Assembly: GCA_028819565.1 (NCBI GenBank)
Contig: JAPPLD010000020.1
Coordinates: 32,099 to 96,098, forward strand
Source of the DNA: Gammaproteobacteria bacterium
Lineage (GTDB): Bacteria > Pseudomonadota > Gammaproteobacteria > Poriferisulfidales > Poriferisulfidaceae
Length of the DNA: 64,000 bases
Reading direction: 5' to 3'
Below are positions 35,756-45,022 of this stretch, one piece after another (within the stretch, counting starts at the first letter, position 1; the number at the start of each line of letters is the position of its first letter). The notes under the pieces are model-generated. The model was given only the letters and a program-made list of their open reading frames with translations. It did not search any database and was not told where the DNA came from. The translations under genes and the position numbers were made by a program.

Positions 35756-38098
35756 TTACGCCGGAATTGTTTTGCGCGATTTGGTGCGCTGGCCCAAAGT
35801 TATCAGCAAGGAGGGCAGCAGCAGCAGATCGGCAATCAGCGCGAGCACGATGATCAACGCGGTAAGCAATCCCACCTGGACAGTCGGGATGAATGGAGAA
35901 AGGACCAGGATTAGGAAACCTGCCGCCAGCACGGTCGACGTCGTGAACAATGCCCGCCCGACTGCCTGGAAAGCGTAACGCACCGCATCCTCGGCCGTAG
36001 AGTTGTACTCACGGCGTGCCCGGCAGTATTTGCTGAGAAAGTGCACCGAGTCATCCACCACAATTCCGATGGTCATCGCCATAACGACCGACAGCACAAG
36101 CCCGACTTCTCCTACTGCCAGTCCCCAGATTCCAAATCCCATTGCGCCGGGAACGAGATTTGGCACGAGGCTTACGAGACCAAGCCGTAGTGAGCGAAGG
36201 GCGGCGATGAGGAGCATGGAAATGCCGAAAAGCGCGAGCGTCGTTCCGAGCAACATGGCCTTGATGTTGCGTAGCCCGATGTGTGCGAACATTAATGCGG
36301 CTCCTGCGCCTTCGGCTTGAGTGAAGTGGGGCGCATGGTCGTCCAGCCATGCCGCGGCACGCTCGTTCAGTTCCACGACCTCCCGCGAAGAGAGCGTTCT
36401 CGTCGTCACCGTCATGCGGGTGGCTGACCTGGAAACATCAATCTGGTTATTGAGGTCGAGGCCAAGAGGGAGCGAGAGTTCATAAAGGAGCAAGTATTGC
36501 GAGGCGAGGTCGCGGCTGGCGGGTAGCCGATAGGCGGCAGGGTCGTCTCCGTGCATGCTCTTGTTGAGTTGCTGGAAAGTGTCGCTAAGTACCGTGACGT
36601 GACGTGTTTCCGGTTGTACGCGATACCAGGCGGCGAAAGCTGCGAGATTTTCGAGAAAGGCAGGTTCGGAGATCCCGCCCGGCCCAGATGAGACCACCGA
36701 ATATTCAAGCACGGTGTTTCCGCTGAGATGCTCATCCATAAAATCTATATCTCGACGAAACTCCACGCTCTCATCGAAGAAATACACCAAAACATCATTC
36801 AGCTCATTGCGGGGGATGGCTGCGACCAGCATCAGGACCACTGCGACCGAACCCCACAGCAAATGCTTCCGGTGACGCACCACAAATTCCGCAATGACTG
36901 CCATAACCGGATCGGCGTCCTGTCGGATTCTTGGCGCACGGACCGGAAGGAGTGAAAGCAGGGCGGGCAGAAACGTCACCGTGAGCACAAACGAAGCGCC
37001 GACCCCAAATGCGACGAACATTCCGAGGTGACGGTATGGAGGGACTTCAGAGAAATTCATGCTCAGGAACCCAAGTGCCGTCGTTAGGCTCGCGAGGAAG
37101 ACCGGATACAGGTTGATGTTGAGGGATTCGACAATCGCGACGTGTTTCGAGTCTCCAGCCCGCAAGCGTTGCAACAAAGTGACCAGCAGGTGTATGCAAC
37201 TGGCAACAGCGATCATCAGCACGATAGTGGGTGCCGGAGCGGTCGGTGGCGTGAACGGAAGGCCAACCCAGCCCCCCAGCCCCATTGCCACGAGAACCGA
37301 AAAGATGATGATCAAGCCCGTTGCCACGACTCCCGTAAATCCCCGGATCAGGATGCCGAGCGTCAATGCCATGATGGCCAGGCTCGCGGGCAGGAAAGTT
37401 TTCTGGCCGTCTATCGTTGCCCTTGAGAGGGTGTCGTTGATTATCACTGTGCCAACCAGACGGAGATCAATGCCGGGAAAATTTTCTTCCGCTTCGACAG
37501 CAAGGTCATGCGCGAATTTGGCAACTTCGGAGACCTCGGCCGATTCGTCTTCTTCAGAAAGTTTTATGGTGACGCTGACCGCACTCACGCCTCCATCCCG
37601 GGCCACGAGATTCCCAACGAGTCGGGGTTCGGCCAATGCCGTTTCGCGGATCCAGGATCGTTCTTGGACATTATCCAGCTGCAGCGGATTCACGAGATTG
37701 CGCACAACCAAATCGTCGCCGTCGGCGGCGGTATGCTGGAAGTTTGCAATTGAATCGACTCGTGTCGAATACGGTGTTTGCCAGGCGCGGTCGGTAAGCC
37801 AGACTATGGCCGCGAGAGATTGCTCTGATGCGAAATCACGATTTTCCGGAACCACCAGGAAGACGACGTTGTCGTTTTTCCCGTAGGTATTTTCTAGTGC
37901 TTCAAACGCCAAGAGTTGAGGATTGTCCTCATCGAAGAACATACGATAACTTGTAGAGGTCTGAAGAAACATGCTGCCGCTAGCGGCGAGCATGACCAGG
38001 ACCAAAGAGATGATGATGATCGGCCAGCGGGTCGCGATCACCCACTCCCCGAATCGCATTCCAAAAGATTTGGGAGTGCGGGGAGGCTTGCTCGTCAT
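35756..38098 (-). CDS. RND-superfamily exporter (MMPL/HpnN-like, two 6-TM bundles)
   Basis: 780 aa. Two hydrophobic blocks, each after a large periplasmic loop, typical of the COG1033 predicted exporters. Directly downstream, on the same strand, of the NHLP precursor gene. Confidence 0.75.
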   Translation of the reverse strand: MTSKPPRTPKSFGMRFGEWVIATRWPIIIISLVLVMLAASGSMFLQTSTSYRMFFDEDNPQLLAFEALENTYGKNDNVVFLVVPENRDFASEQSLAAIVWLTDRAWQTPYSTRVDSIANFQHTAADGDDLVVRNLVNPLQLDNVQERSWIRETALAEPRLVGNLVARDGGVSAVSVTIKLSEEDESAEVSEVAKFAHDLAVEAEENFPGIDLRLVGTVIINDTLSRATIDGQKTFLPASLAIMALTLGILIRGFTGVVATGLIIIFSVLVAMGLGGWVGLPFTPPTAPAPTIVLMIAVASCIHLLVTLLQRLRAGDSKHVAIVESLNINLYPVFLASLTTALGFLSMNFSEVPPYRHLGMFVAFGVGASFVLTVTFLPALLSLLPVRAPRIRQDADPVMAVIAEFVVRHRKHLLWGSVAVVLMLVAAIPRNELNDVLVYFFDESVEFRRDIDFMDEHLSGNTVLEYSVVSSGPGGISEPAFLENLAAFAAWYRVQPETRHVTVLSDTFQQLNKSMHGDDPAAYRLPASRDLASQYLLLYELSLPLGLDLNNQIDVSRSATRMTVTTRTLSSREVVELNERAAAWLDDHAPHFTQAEGAGAALMFAHIGLRNIKAMLLGTTLALFGISMLLIAALRSLRLGLVSLVPNLVPGAMGFGIWGLAVGEVGLVLSVVMAMTIGIVVDDSVHFLSKYCRARREYNSTAEDAVRYAFQAVGRALFTTSTVLAAGFLILVLSPFIPTVQVGLLTALIIVLALIADLLLLPSLLITLGQRTKSRKTIPA

Positions 38099-38270
38099 CT
38101 ACGCAAACCCTCTCCCTAGGAAGTTTCCTAGAATTTTTCCGTCAAGACATGACGGAGGAGAAACAACTGACTCCTGGCGAGAATGTGTTATGCGTGTTCT
38201 GCGCCAGAAGTCATCTTGTTTCTGGAAATGCTTCTAACTCGACTTGCCAGTTAAGAGAGGCAAGGGTTCG

Positions 38271-38546
38271 TTAGGTACAGCAGCAAAGACCCGCAGCAAT
38301 TGTCTCAAGTTGCTCTTCATCCAGGTCCGGACCTGCCGGCAGGGCAAGATGGAGCGTGGTCATGCTGCTTTCATGTACTACGATTTCAAAGCCTTCCGGA
38401 ACCTCAACGCCGAATTCTTCCGCGATGACGCCTTTAGGGTCGGCTAGCAACCGTTGACGAAAACCAGTGTCTTCACACGCTTTATCCGTCAGGTGCTGAC
38501 GCATTTCCTCGGCCCGTTGCTGGGCCGTTTCGACAAATTCTCCCAT
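38271..38546 (-). CDS. RiPP precursor peptide with nitrile-hydratase-like leader peptide (NHLP family), AG cleavage motif and 5-residue core LCCCT
   Basis: 91 aa with RBS GAGGAGG seven nt before the ATG. Leader LLADPKGVIAEEFGVEVPEGFEIVVHESSMTTLHLALPAGPDLDEEQLETIAAG matches the NHLP consensus (LLANP..AL.EEGIE.PEG.EVKVVEDT..TLHLVLP.....LSDEELE.VAGG). The ORF ends ...IAAG-LCCCT-stop. Confidence 0.8.
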   Translation of the reverse strand: MGEFVETAQQRAEEMRQHLTDKACEDTGFRQRLLADPKGVIAEEFGVEVPEGFEIVVHESSMTTLHLALPAGPDLDEEQLETIAAGLCCCT

Positions 38547-38828
38547 AATTCCTCCTCGCTTAGGTGGGTAATTTGAATACTCATAATGTATTCTTTTTCA
38601 GAGATTTGTCAAGCCCCAGTTGCGCATGTGCAGGCTTTCAGGACTTTACCTTGCGCGCTGATTTTCAGCGGACTTTCGAGGGTTTTTCACTAAGTAAAGT
38701 ATTCTGAAAAAGCTTTGTGCCATACCCGTCAAAATGGCAGAGCAATAACAATTTTCACAACATGCCGTTCTTCCCTAGCAGACAGACGATGACTTTTGAT
38801 AATGGTGTGTCAGTTGTGGCTATAATGA
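38547..38828. promoter_or_regulatory. AT-rich divergent promoter region between the precursor gene and the HlyD/ABC export genes
   Basis: ~280 bp at ~40% GC. Contains inverted repeat GAATAC-N7-GTATTC (38575..38593) ~30 nt upstream of the precursor start, and a TATAAT box at ~38818 on the plus strand. Confidence 0.35.
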
Positions 38829-39737
38829 ATGACCCTATATGGACAAGCATTGATGTTCAATAGTCTGTTTTTTGATGATGCTGCGGCCAGCAGGAACAAA
38901 CGCCATCAACTCGGCTATTTATTAAGGGTAGCGGCTCCTCACGAGCGCGTCATCCTGGCTGGCATCGGTGCGGTTTTGTTGGCGCTCCTCGTTTGGATAT
39001 TATTCGGCAGTGTTGTACGCAGCGTTACGGTCGACGGAGTCCTGCTGAAGCCAGGAATCCGCCATGAGGTTGTCTCGACCGAGCCGGGCCATTTGATGAA
39101 GTTTTTGGTGACCCTTGGAGACCAGATTGAAAAGGGGGGGGCGATTGCCCGTCAGACCGTACCGGAATTGGAGCGCGAGATTACCGCTTTACGTGACCAG
39201 ATTGAGATTCTGGAGGCGGGGGTGCGGCAGGTTGGTGGTGACGGCACGAACTCATTTCTAATCTCGGCCCAAGAAGCATTGCTGCAAATGGAAGCCCGGC
39301 GTATTGCGAAAGAAGTCATCGCCAGCCACATGAATGGCGAAATCATGGTTTTGGATGCTGCCCCGGGAGACTACTTGCCTGCTGGATCAGTTGTTGCCCA
39401 GCTTCGCGATCCGGAGGACAAGCCACTCCAAGCGGTGCTGCTAGTCGCTCCGCGTATGGCAAAACGTCTCCGTGCTGGCATGCAGACATCGGTCGAGGTT
39501 GTAATGTCGGACGGGGCAGTGCGTGAAGTGGATGGAGAAATTGTCGCTGTAACCTCTGGGCCGTTTCCGAATTGGCTTGCGGCGTTTCAGTCGGAGAGCG
39601 TGGATTACGCCTATCGCGTCGACATTACCCTTGACTCTGAATCGAAACTCGCTGTGCCGGACGGCACGCCATGCCACGTACGCATCTTGCTTGGTCGGCA
39701 TTCGCCTATCGCGCTGCTTAGCCTAGAGCAAATTTGA
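38829..39737 (+). CDS. HlyD-family secretion adaptor (NHLM bacteriocin-system secretion protein type)
   Basis: 302 aa. N-terminal TM helix LAGIGAVLLALLVWILFG. Coiled-coil region PELEREITALRDQIEILEAG. C-terminal beta-barrel-type region. Immediately upstream of a C39-peptidase ABC transporter. Confidence 0.7.
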   Translation: MTLYGQALMFNSLFFDDAAASRNKRHQLGYLLRVAAPHERVILAGIGAVLLALLVWILFGSVVRSVTVDGVLLKPGIRHEVVSTEPGHLMKFLVTLGDQIEKGGAIARQTVPELEREITALRDQIEILEAGVRQVGGDGTNSFLISAQEALLQMEARRIAKEVIASHMNGEIMVLDAAPGDYLPAGSVVAQLRDPEDKPLQAVLLVAPRMAKRLRAGMQTSVEVVMSDGAVREVDGEIVAVTSGPFPNWLAAFQSESVDYAYRVDITLDSESKLAVPDGTPCHVRILLGRHSPIALLSLEQI

Positions 39738-39749
39738 TGGCTATCCTGA

Positions 39750-41972
39750 ATGCCTTCTTCCAACCCGAAAGAACCGACTAAACCCGGTAAGTTGCAAATA
39801 AAAGAACGCGAAAAGCGGCGTGTGACTACTCCGCTTCTGCTGCAGATGCACATGACCGAATGCTCTGCCGCATGTTTGGGTAGCGTACTTGCCTATTTCG
39901 GGCGCTGGGTGCCACTGGCCGAATTGCGCGACAGATGTGAGATCAGTCGGGATGGTTCTACAGCTGCCGGCATCAAGCGTGCGGCCCAACACTATGGCCT
40001 CGAATGTTCCGGATGGTTCGGAAAAATTAGCCAGATCAAGCAACGGCCACTCCCGATGATCTTATTCTGGGAATTCAACCACTTTCTGATCCTGGAAGGC
40101 TATGACCGCGATTGGTTCTATCTCAACGACCCAGCCACCGGACGCCGAAATCTCTCAAGGAAGGAATTTGAAAGCGGCTTTACAGGAGTGGCTCTGCAGT
40201 TCGAACCTGGACCGGAATTCCAGCCCGGAGGCGTTCGTCCTAGCGTCTTGGAACGTATCCTGCCCTGGTTGCAAGGCACTTGGGGTGGATTGGCTTATGC
40301 GGTTGGATGCGGGCTATTGCTGGCCGTCCTGGCCCTCGCTACACCTGCATTACTGATCATATTCGTGGATCAAGTATTGGGCAAAAGTGAGCCTTGGGGA
40401 GGGATTGTGGCCGGTGCCATGGCAAGCGCGGCCGTTCTCATCTACGGGTTGACTTGGTTGAAACGGAGATGTTTGCGGCGTTTGGCTGCCCGCATCTCGA
40501 TAGTTGCTTGGGATCAATGTCTGACTCGGCTACTGCAGTTGCCAATCGACTTCTTCCATCATCGGTTAGCGGGAGAACTGACAGCCCGCGTCCTGTCTGT
40601 CGACAAGATTGCCAAGGCTCTTTCGAATCACTTCATCAGCCTGTTGATCGAACTCGGAATGAGCATAGTGTTTTTGTTCGCCATGCTGGCGTACGAGCCG
40701 ACGTTAGCGCTAATCGTCTTGGGCTTGGCCGTACTTAATGCCGTTTTGATGCGCCTGATCTCACGTATTCGCGCCGATGCGAGCCATACCCTGCAGAGAG
40801 AGCAAAGCCTGTTACTGGGCATCGGAACGATGATGCTGCATCACACGGATACATTGCGGGTGACTGCTGCGGATGATCGCTTCTTTTCCCGCTGGAGCGG
40901 CCATCAAGCTCGAGAGATAGAAGCGCGCCAGTGCTTTTCCGAGTGGAGCCATGTTAATTCGGCTTTGCCGGGCCTGTTCTTGATCTTGGGGAGTGTGGCT
41001 GTATTGGCGATTGGCGCAACAGAGGTTATGGCTGGTGAAATGACACTCGGCATGTTGGTGGGATTTTATGTTGTGGCGGCTATGTTTTTGGAACCCGTCG
41101 GGCGTTTCGTTTCGTTTTCAGACGATCTTCAGATACTTGAGACGGATATGCAACGCTTGGAAGACATTACGAAGGCCTCGAAAGATCCTGGGTTAGCCCA
41201 GAGGCGTGATTCGTCGGATTCCATTGCCACACTGAATGGGCGGTTGCAGTTGGCTGGGCATGTAGAGCTGCGCGACATCACCTTTGGCTACAACCAGAGT
41301 CGCCCTCCCATAATCGAGAATTTTGACTTGACAATAAAACCAGGGCAGAGAGTCGCAGTGGTTGGGGCGAGCGGGTCGGGAAAATCGACACTGGCCCGCT
41401 TGATTTCCGGCCTCTACCAGCCATGGTCCGGTGAAATTCTGTTCGACGGTTATCTCAGAGATGAAGTTCCTGACGAAGTTCTATCCCGGTCTTTATCGAT
41501 GGTTGACCAGAATATTATTCTTTTTTCTGCGACAGTACGTGAGAACATCACTTTATGGAATCCTGCCATTCCAGACGATATTCTGGCTAGGGCAGCCCGC
41601 GATGCCTGCATTCACGATGAGATTCTCAGCCGGCCACATGGCTACGCGACGCAGGTCGAGGAAGACGGAGATAATTTCAGCGGCGGTCAGCGACAGCGAT
41701 TGGAAATCGCGCGCGCATTGGTCGGCAACCCGACAGTATTGATTCTTGATGAAGCAACCAGCGCGCTTGACGCGGCCACCGAGGATTTGGTCGACGATGC
41801 ACTACGCCGCCGGGGAATTAGTTGCCTAATCGTGGCGCACCGGCTGAGTACGGTTCGGGATTGCGACCAGATTATTATGCTCGAAAAGGGGAAGGCAGTA
41901 CAGCGTGGCACACACGCTGAGTTGATAACGGACAAGGACGGGACCTACTACCGGCTTGTCCAGGCTGGTTAG
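39750..41972 (+). CDS. ABC transporter with N-terminal C39 bacteriocin-processing peptidase domain (NHLM-system peptidase/ATP-binding protein type)
   Basis: 740 aa. C39 domain LLQMHMTECSAACLGSVLAYFG with the catalytic Cys. Six-TM domain. Walker A GASGSGKST, signature FSGGQRQRL, Walker B ILILDEATSALD. Confidence 0.85.
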   Translation: MPSSNPKEPTKPGKLQIKEREKRRVTTPLLLQMHMTECSAACLGSVLAYFGRWVPLAELRDRCEISRDGSTAAGIKRAAQHYGLECSGWFGKISQIKQRPLPMILFWEFNHFLILEGYDRDWFYLNDPATGRRNLSRKEFESGFTGVALQFEPGPEFQPGGVRPSVLERILPWLQGTWGGLAYAVGCGLLLAVLALATPALLIIFVDQVLGKSEPWGGIVAGAMASAAVLIYGLTWLKRRCLRRLAARISIVAWDQCLTRLLQLPIDFFHHRLAGELTARVLSVDKIAKALSNHFISLLIELGMSIVFLFAMLAYEPTLALIVLGLAVLNAVLMRLISRIRADASHTLQREQSLLLGIGTMMLHHTDTLRVTAADDRFFSRWSGHQAREIEARQCFSEWSHVNSALPGLFLILGSVAVLAIGATEVMAGEMTLGMLVGFYVVAAMFLEPVGRFVSFSDDLQILETDMQRLEDITKASKDPGLAQRRDSSDSIATLNGRLQLAGHVELRDITFGYNQSRPPIIENFDLTIKPGQRVAVVGASGSGKSTLARLISGLYQPWSGEILFDGYLRDEVPDEVLSRSLSMVDQNIILFSATVRENITLWNPAIPDDILARAARDACIHDEILSRPHGYATQVEEDGDNFSGGQRQRLEIARALVGNPTVLILDEATSALDAATEDLVDDALRRRGISCLIVAHRLSTVRDCDQIIMLEKGKAVQRGTHAELITDKDGTYYRLVQAG

Positions 41973-44895
41973 TCCCATGGCGTCTCCGGAATCCCACTCA
42001 CTTGCCAGTTTGGCGGTTCGATCAGGATCTTTGGTGCCCTGCGCCGGAAACCTACCGATAGACCTGGACGACCCGCAAAGCATCTGGTTCATCGAGAAAG
42101 GTGCGGTTGATTTGTTTCTAGTCGAGCGTCAGGGCGGAGTGGATCAGGCATCCCCGCAACACCTGTTTCGTGCCCACTCCGGACGTCTTCTGCCGGGTGT
42201 GGTTCCGCAGGAAGGGGACACGACTTTCGGCTTGGCTGCGAAAGGATTGCCGGACACGGTTTTGTGGCGTCTTTCGATTGCAGACTTGAGTGTGGTTCCG
42301 AATGCGGAATTGGCAGAGCATGTCGATGCATGGATCGCGGATGTTTCTACTGAACTGTCCCGGGATGCAGGACAGCGGCCACGGCCGGACACGCCTGTCG
42401 AGCCCGGCAAGATTTTTCCAGAAGTGGGCGGCACACTTTCGTCCCGGCAGGGCGTGGTGTGGGTATCGCAACTGTCTTCAGGAGCGGGATTGTTTCTGGG
42501 GCTAATCGATCCGGTCGAGGGCGATTTGTATGGTGAGCCCGCCAGTGGCACCGTACCGCTCACGCCTGCGACTTGGCTGACCTTGATGGAAAAAACGAAG
42601 ATTTCCATTCGATCCTCGGAAAATTTTGCCAAAGAGGGGCTTCTTCTGTCTGCCTTAGCGAATTTCCACGTGACAGCGTTTTCTCATGAGCGGCTCAACC
42701 GCAATCTGGCGGTTGCTGATCAGGCGAATTTGGAGCGGGATCGCGTGACTAGTCGCCGCAGCGACGAAGAGCATGCCCGACACCGCCTGTTCAATCTCTA
42801 CGATCTTCCGGATGAAGAAAAGGCCGATGTGGACGGTACAGCATTGCATGAGGTGTTGAAAGTTATAGGGGAACATGAAGGTATTGATTTCAAATGGCCC
42901 GCAAAATCGGGCATTGTTGATTCGGCTCCTACCCTCGGCGACGTCTTGGATGCATCTGGAGTGCGCGGTCGGCAGGTGCGGCTAACTTGGGAAGAACGGT
43001 GGTGGATTGGAGACAGCGGTGCGATGTTGGCGTTTCGGGAAGCCGATGGACAGCCTGTGGCATTGCTGCCGGGTATGCTCGGGCATTATCAGGAAACGGA
43101 GATAGTCGGACAACGCGGCACTCGAGTGACCCCCGAACGTGCGAAGGCGCTCGATCCTGATGCCTGGGTTTTCTACCAGCCGCTGTCGTCGGGCAAGGTC
43201 GGATGGCGAGACTTGTACCGCCTTGTTCGCAAAGGTCTAGTTGCTGATTTTTTACGCTTTGCGACAGCCGGGCTGCTTGGTGGCTTGGTCATACTGGTGC
43301 CTGCCGTAGTGGTCGGTTTCGTCGTGGATAAAGTCATTCCAACTGGTGAGATAAGTCTGCTGTATCTGGCGACAGCAACACTGGCGGCATTCGCTTTGGT
43401 TGGGGCATTACTGCATATCCTTCAGGGCATGGCGCTCATGCGCCTCGAAGGACGTGGCGCGTCTCGACTTGAGGCTGCATTCTGGGATCGCCTGCTTCGG
43501 CTGCCTTTGAGTTTCTTGCGTCGTTACCCGGCGGGCAATCTCGCCATGCGAGGTATGACGTTTCAGGCTCTCCGCGATGCCGTGCGGGCCGTGATCGCAA
43601 ATGCAGTGCTGTCAATCATTTTCCTGTTACCCGCGTTTCTCCTGATTTCCTACTACGATGAGGTGCTGGGAACTGTTACAGCTGCTTTTGGTTTTTTGTC
43701 CTTGGTTGTAATCGTGGTATTGGGCCTGCAGCAAATCTCGCCTTATGGTCAAGTGATGCAGACCGTTCACCACATGGCGGGCCAGCTGTTTCAGTTCATC
43801 AACGGCATTTCTAAACTACGGATCGATGATGCGGAAGGGACCGCTTTCGCGGTTCTGGCGCGTGGCTACCGCGAGCAGAAACGCGCGGAATCCAAACTGG
43901 GCGCCTTGGAAGATCATCTACAGGCATTTGGAGCCGCATTGCCACTGCTAGCCGGTGCGGTGCTGTTTCTGATGATGACGCTGGGCCGGGAGGGACTCGA
44001 GATCGGAGACTTCCTTGTCATTTACCTCGTATTTATAGCGTTTCAGGCGGCGGTGGCCCGGTTGGGCGCATCGTTCAGTGCAGTCGTTGGCATCATGCTA
44101 GCATTCGATCAAATCCGCCCATTTCTATCCGAGACCCCGGAGACAAGTTTTGAGGGAGAACTTGTCGAGAGTTTGGGGGGCGAGGTCGTGTTCGACCACA
44201 TCACTTTTCGATATGATCCTGAGGGTCCCCTGATTCTCGACGATGTCACAATTCGCGCCAACCCCGGCGAGTTTGTCGCTATTGCCGGCGAGTCGGGGGC
44301 GGGCAAGAGTACGATTTTCCGAATTGCGCTTGGCTTGGACCATCCGTCTTCCGGGGCGGTGTACTACGACGGGCGCGACCTTCAGCATCTCAACCTCAAG
44401 CAAGTGCGCCGGAAGATTGGCGCAGTTCCTCAGGACCTGCAATTGCATCCAGAGGACGTATGGGACAACATCGTTGGAGACCGGGAAGGTGTGACCAGTG
44501 ATGTCGCATGGACAGCCGCCAAGGCCGCATCTGTCGACCGCGACATCATGCGGATGCCGATGGGGATGCTGACGTGCGTGGGTGGTGGTGGCCTTACGTC
44601 AGGAGGAGAAAGTCAGCGTATCGTGATTGCTCATGCGCTGATTGAGACTCCCCGAGTCATGTTGCTTGACGAGGCGACGAATTGGCTCGACAACGATAAT
44701 CAAGCCAGGGTCATGGACAATCTCGCGAGTCTACGTTCAACTCGGATTGTCATTGCCCACCGACTTTCAACGTTGCGCCAGGCAGATCGCATTTATGTCA
44801 TGCAAGCCGGGAAAGTGGTCGAAGTGGGGACCTTCGAGACATTGATGGAGGTTGGAGGGGTTTTTCAGGATCTAGTTCGCCGTCAAGTCGCCTGA
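41956..44895 (+). CDS. ABC transporter ATP-binding/permease protein with N-terminal cyclic-nucleotide-binding-like domain (NHLM-system second ABC protein type)
   Basis: 979 aa. N-terminal ~300 aa with a cNMP-binding-like fold (IWFIEKGAVDLFLVERQGG). TM domain. Walker A GESGAGKST. Degenerate signature TSGGESQRIVIA. Walker B VMLLDEATNWLD. Confidence 0.8.
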   Translation: MSRLVSPMASPESHSLASLAVRSGSLVPCAGNLPIDLDDPQSIWFIEKGAVDLFLVERQGGVDQASPQHLFRAHSGRLLPGVVPQEGDTTFGLAAKGLPDTVLWRLSIADLSVVPNAELAEHVDAWIADVSTELSRDAGQRPRPDTPVEPGKIFPEVGGTLSSRQGVVWVSQLSSGAGLFLGLIDPVEGDLYGEPASGTVPLTPATWLTLMEKTKISIRSSENFAKEGLLLSALANFHVTAFSHERLNRNLAVADQANLERDRVTSRRSDEEHARHRLFNLYDLPDEEKADVDGTALHEVLKVIGEHEGIDFKWPAKSGIVDSAPTLGDVLDASGVRGRQVRLTWEERWWIGDSGAMLAFREADGQPVALLPGMLGHYQETEIVGQRGTRVTPERAKALDPDAWVFYQPLSSGKVGWRDLYRLVRKGLVADFLRFATAGLLGGLVILVPAVVVGFVVDKVIPTGEISLLYLATATLAAFALVGALLHILQGMALMRLEGRGASRLEAAFWDRLLRLPLSFLRRYPAGNLAMRGMTFQALRDAVRAVIANAVLSIIFLLPAFLLISYYDEVLGTVTAAFGFLSLVVIVVLGLQQISPYGQVMQTVHHMAGQLFQFINGISKLRIDDAEGTAFAVLARGYREQKRAESKLGALEDHLQAFGAALPLLAGAVLFLMMTLGREGLEIGDFLVIYLVFIAFQAAVARLGASFSAVVGIMLAFDQIRPFLSETPETSFEGELVESLGGEVVFDHITFRYDPEGPLILDDVTIRANPGEFVAIAGESGAGKSTIFRIALGLDHPSSGAVYYDGRDLQHLNLKQVRRKIGAVPQDLQLHPEDVWDNIVGDREGVTSDVAWTAAKAASVDRDIMRMPMGMLTCVGGGGLTSGGESQRIVIAHALIETPRVMLLDEATNWLDNDNQARVMDNLASLRSTRIVIAHRLSTLRQADRIYVMQAGKVVEVGTFETLMEVGGVFQDLVRRQVA

Positions 44896-45022
44896 TGGGA
44901 AGGGATTTACACGGTGGCAACACCTGAATCGAAAGAGTTTCTGCCCACCTGCGCGATTTGCAGTGAGAGCGAGTCTCTGTGATAGACTTGCGCGCAGCGT
45001 TTTCTGACGGTTTTTCAGCGAG

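Noticed and set aside
38244-38447. 67-aa plus-strand ORF overlapping the NHLP precursor gene
   Set aside because: No RBS. It overlaps a strongly supported precursor ORF on the other strand.
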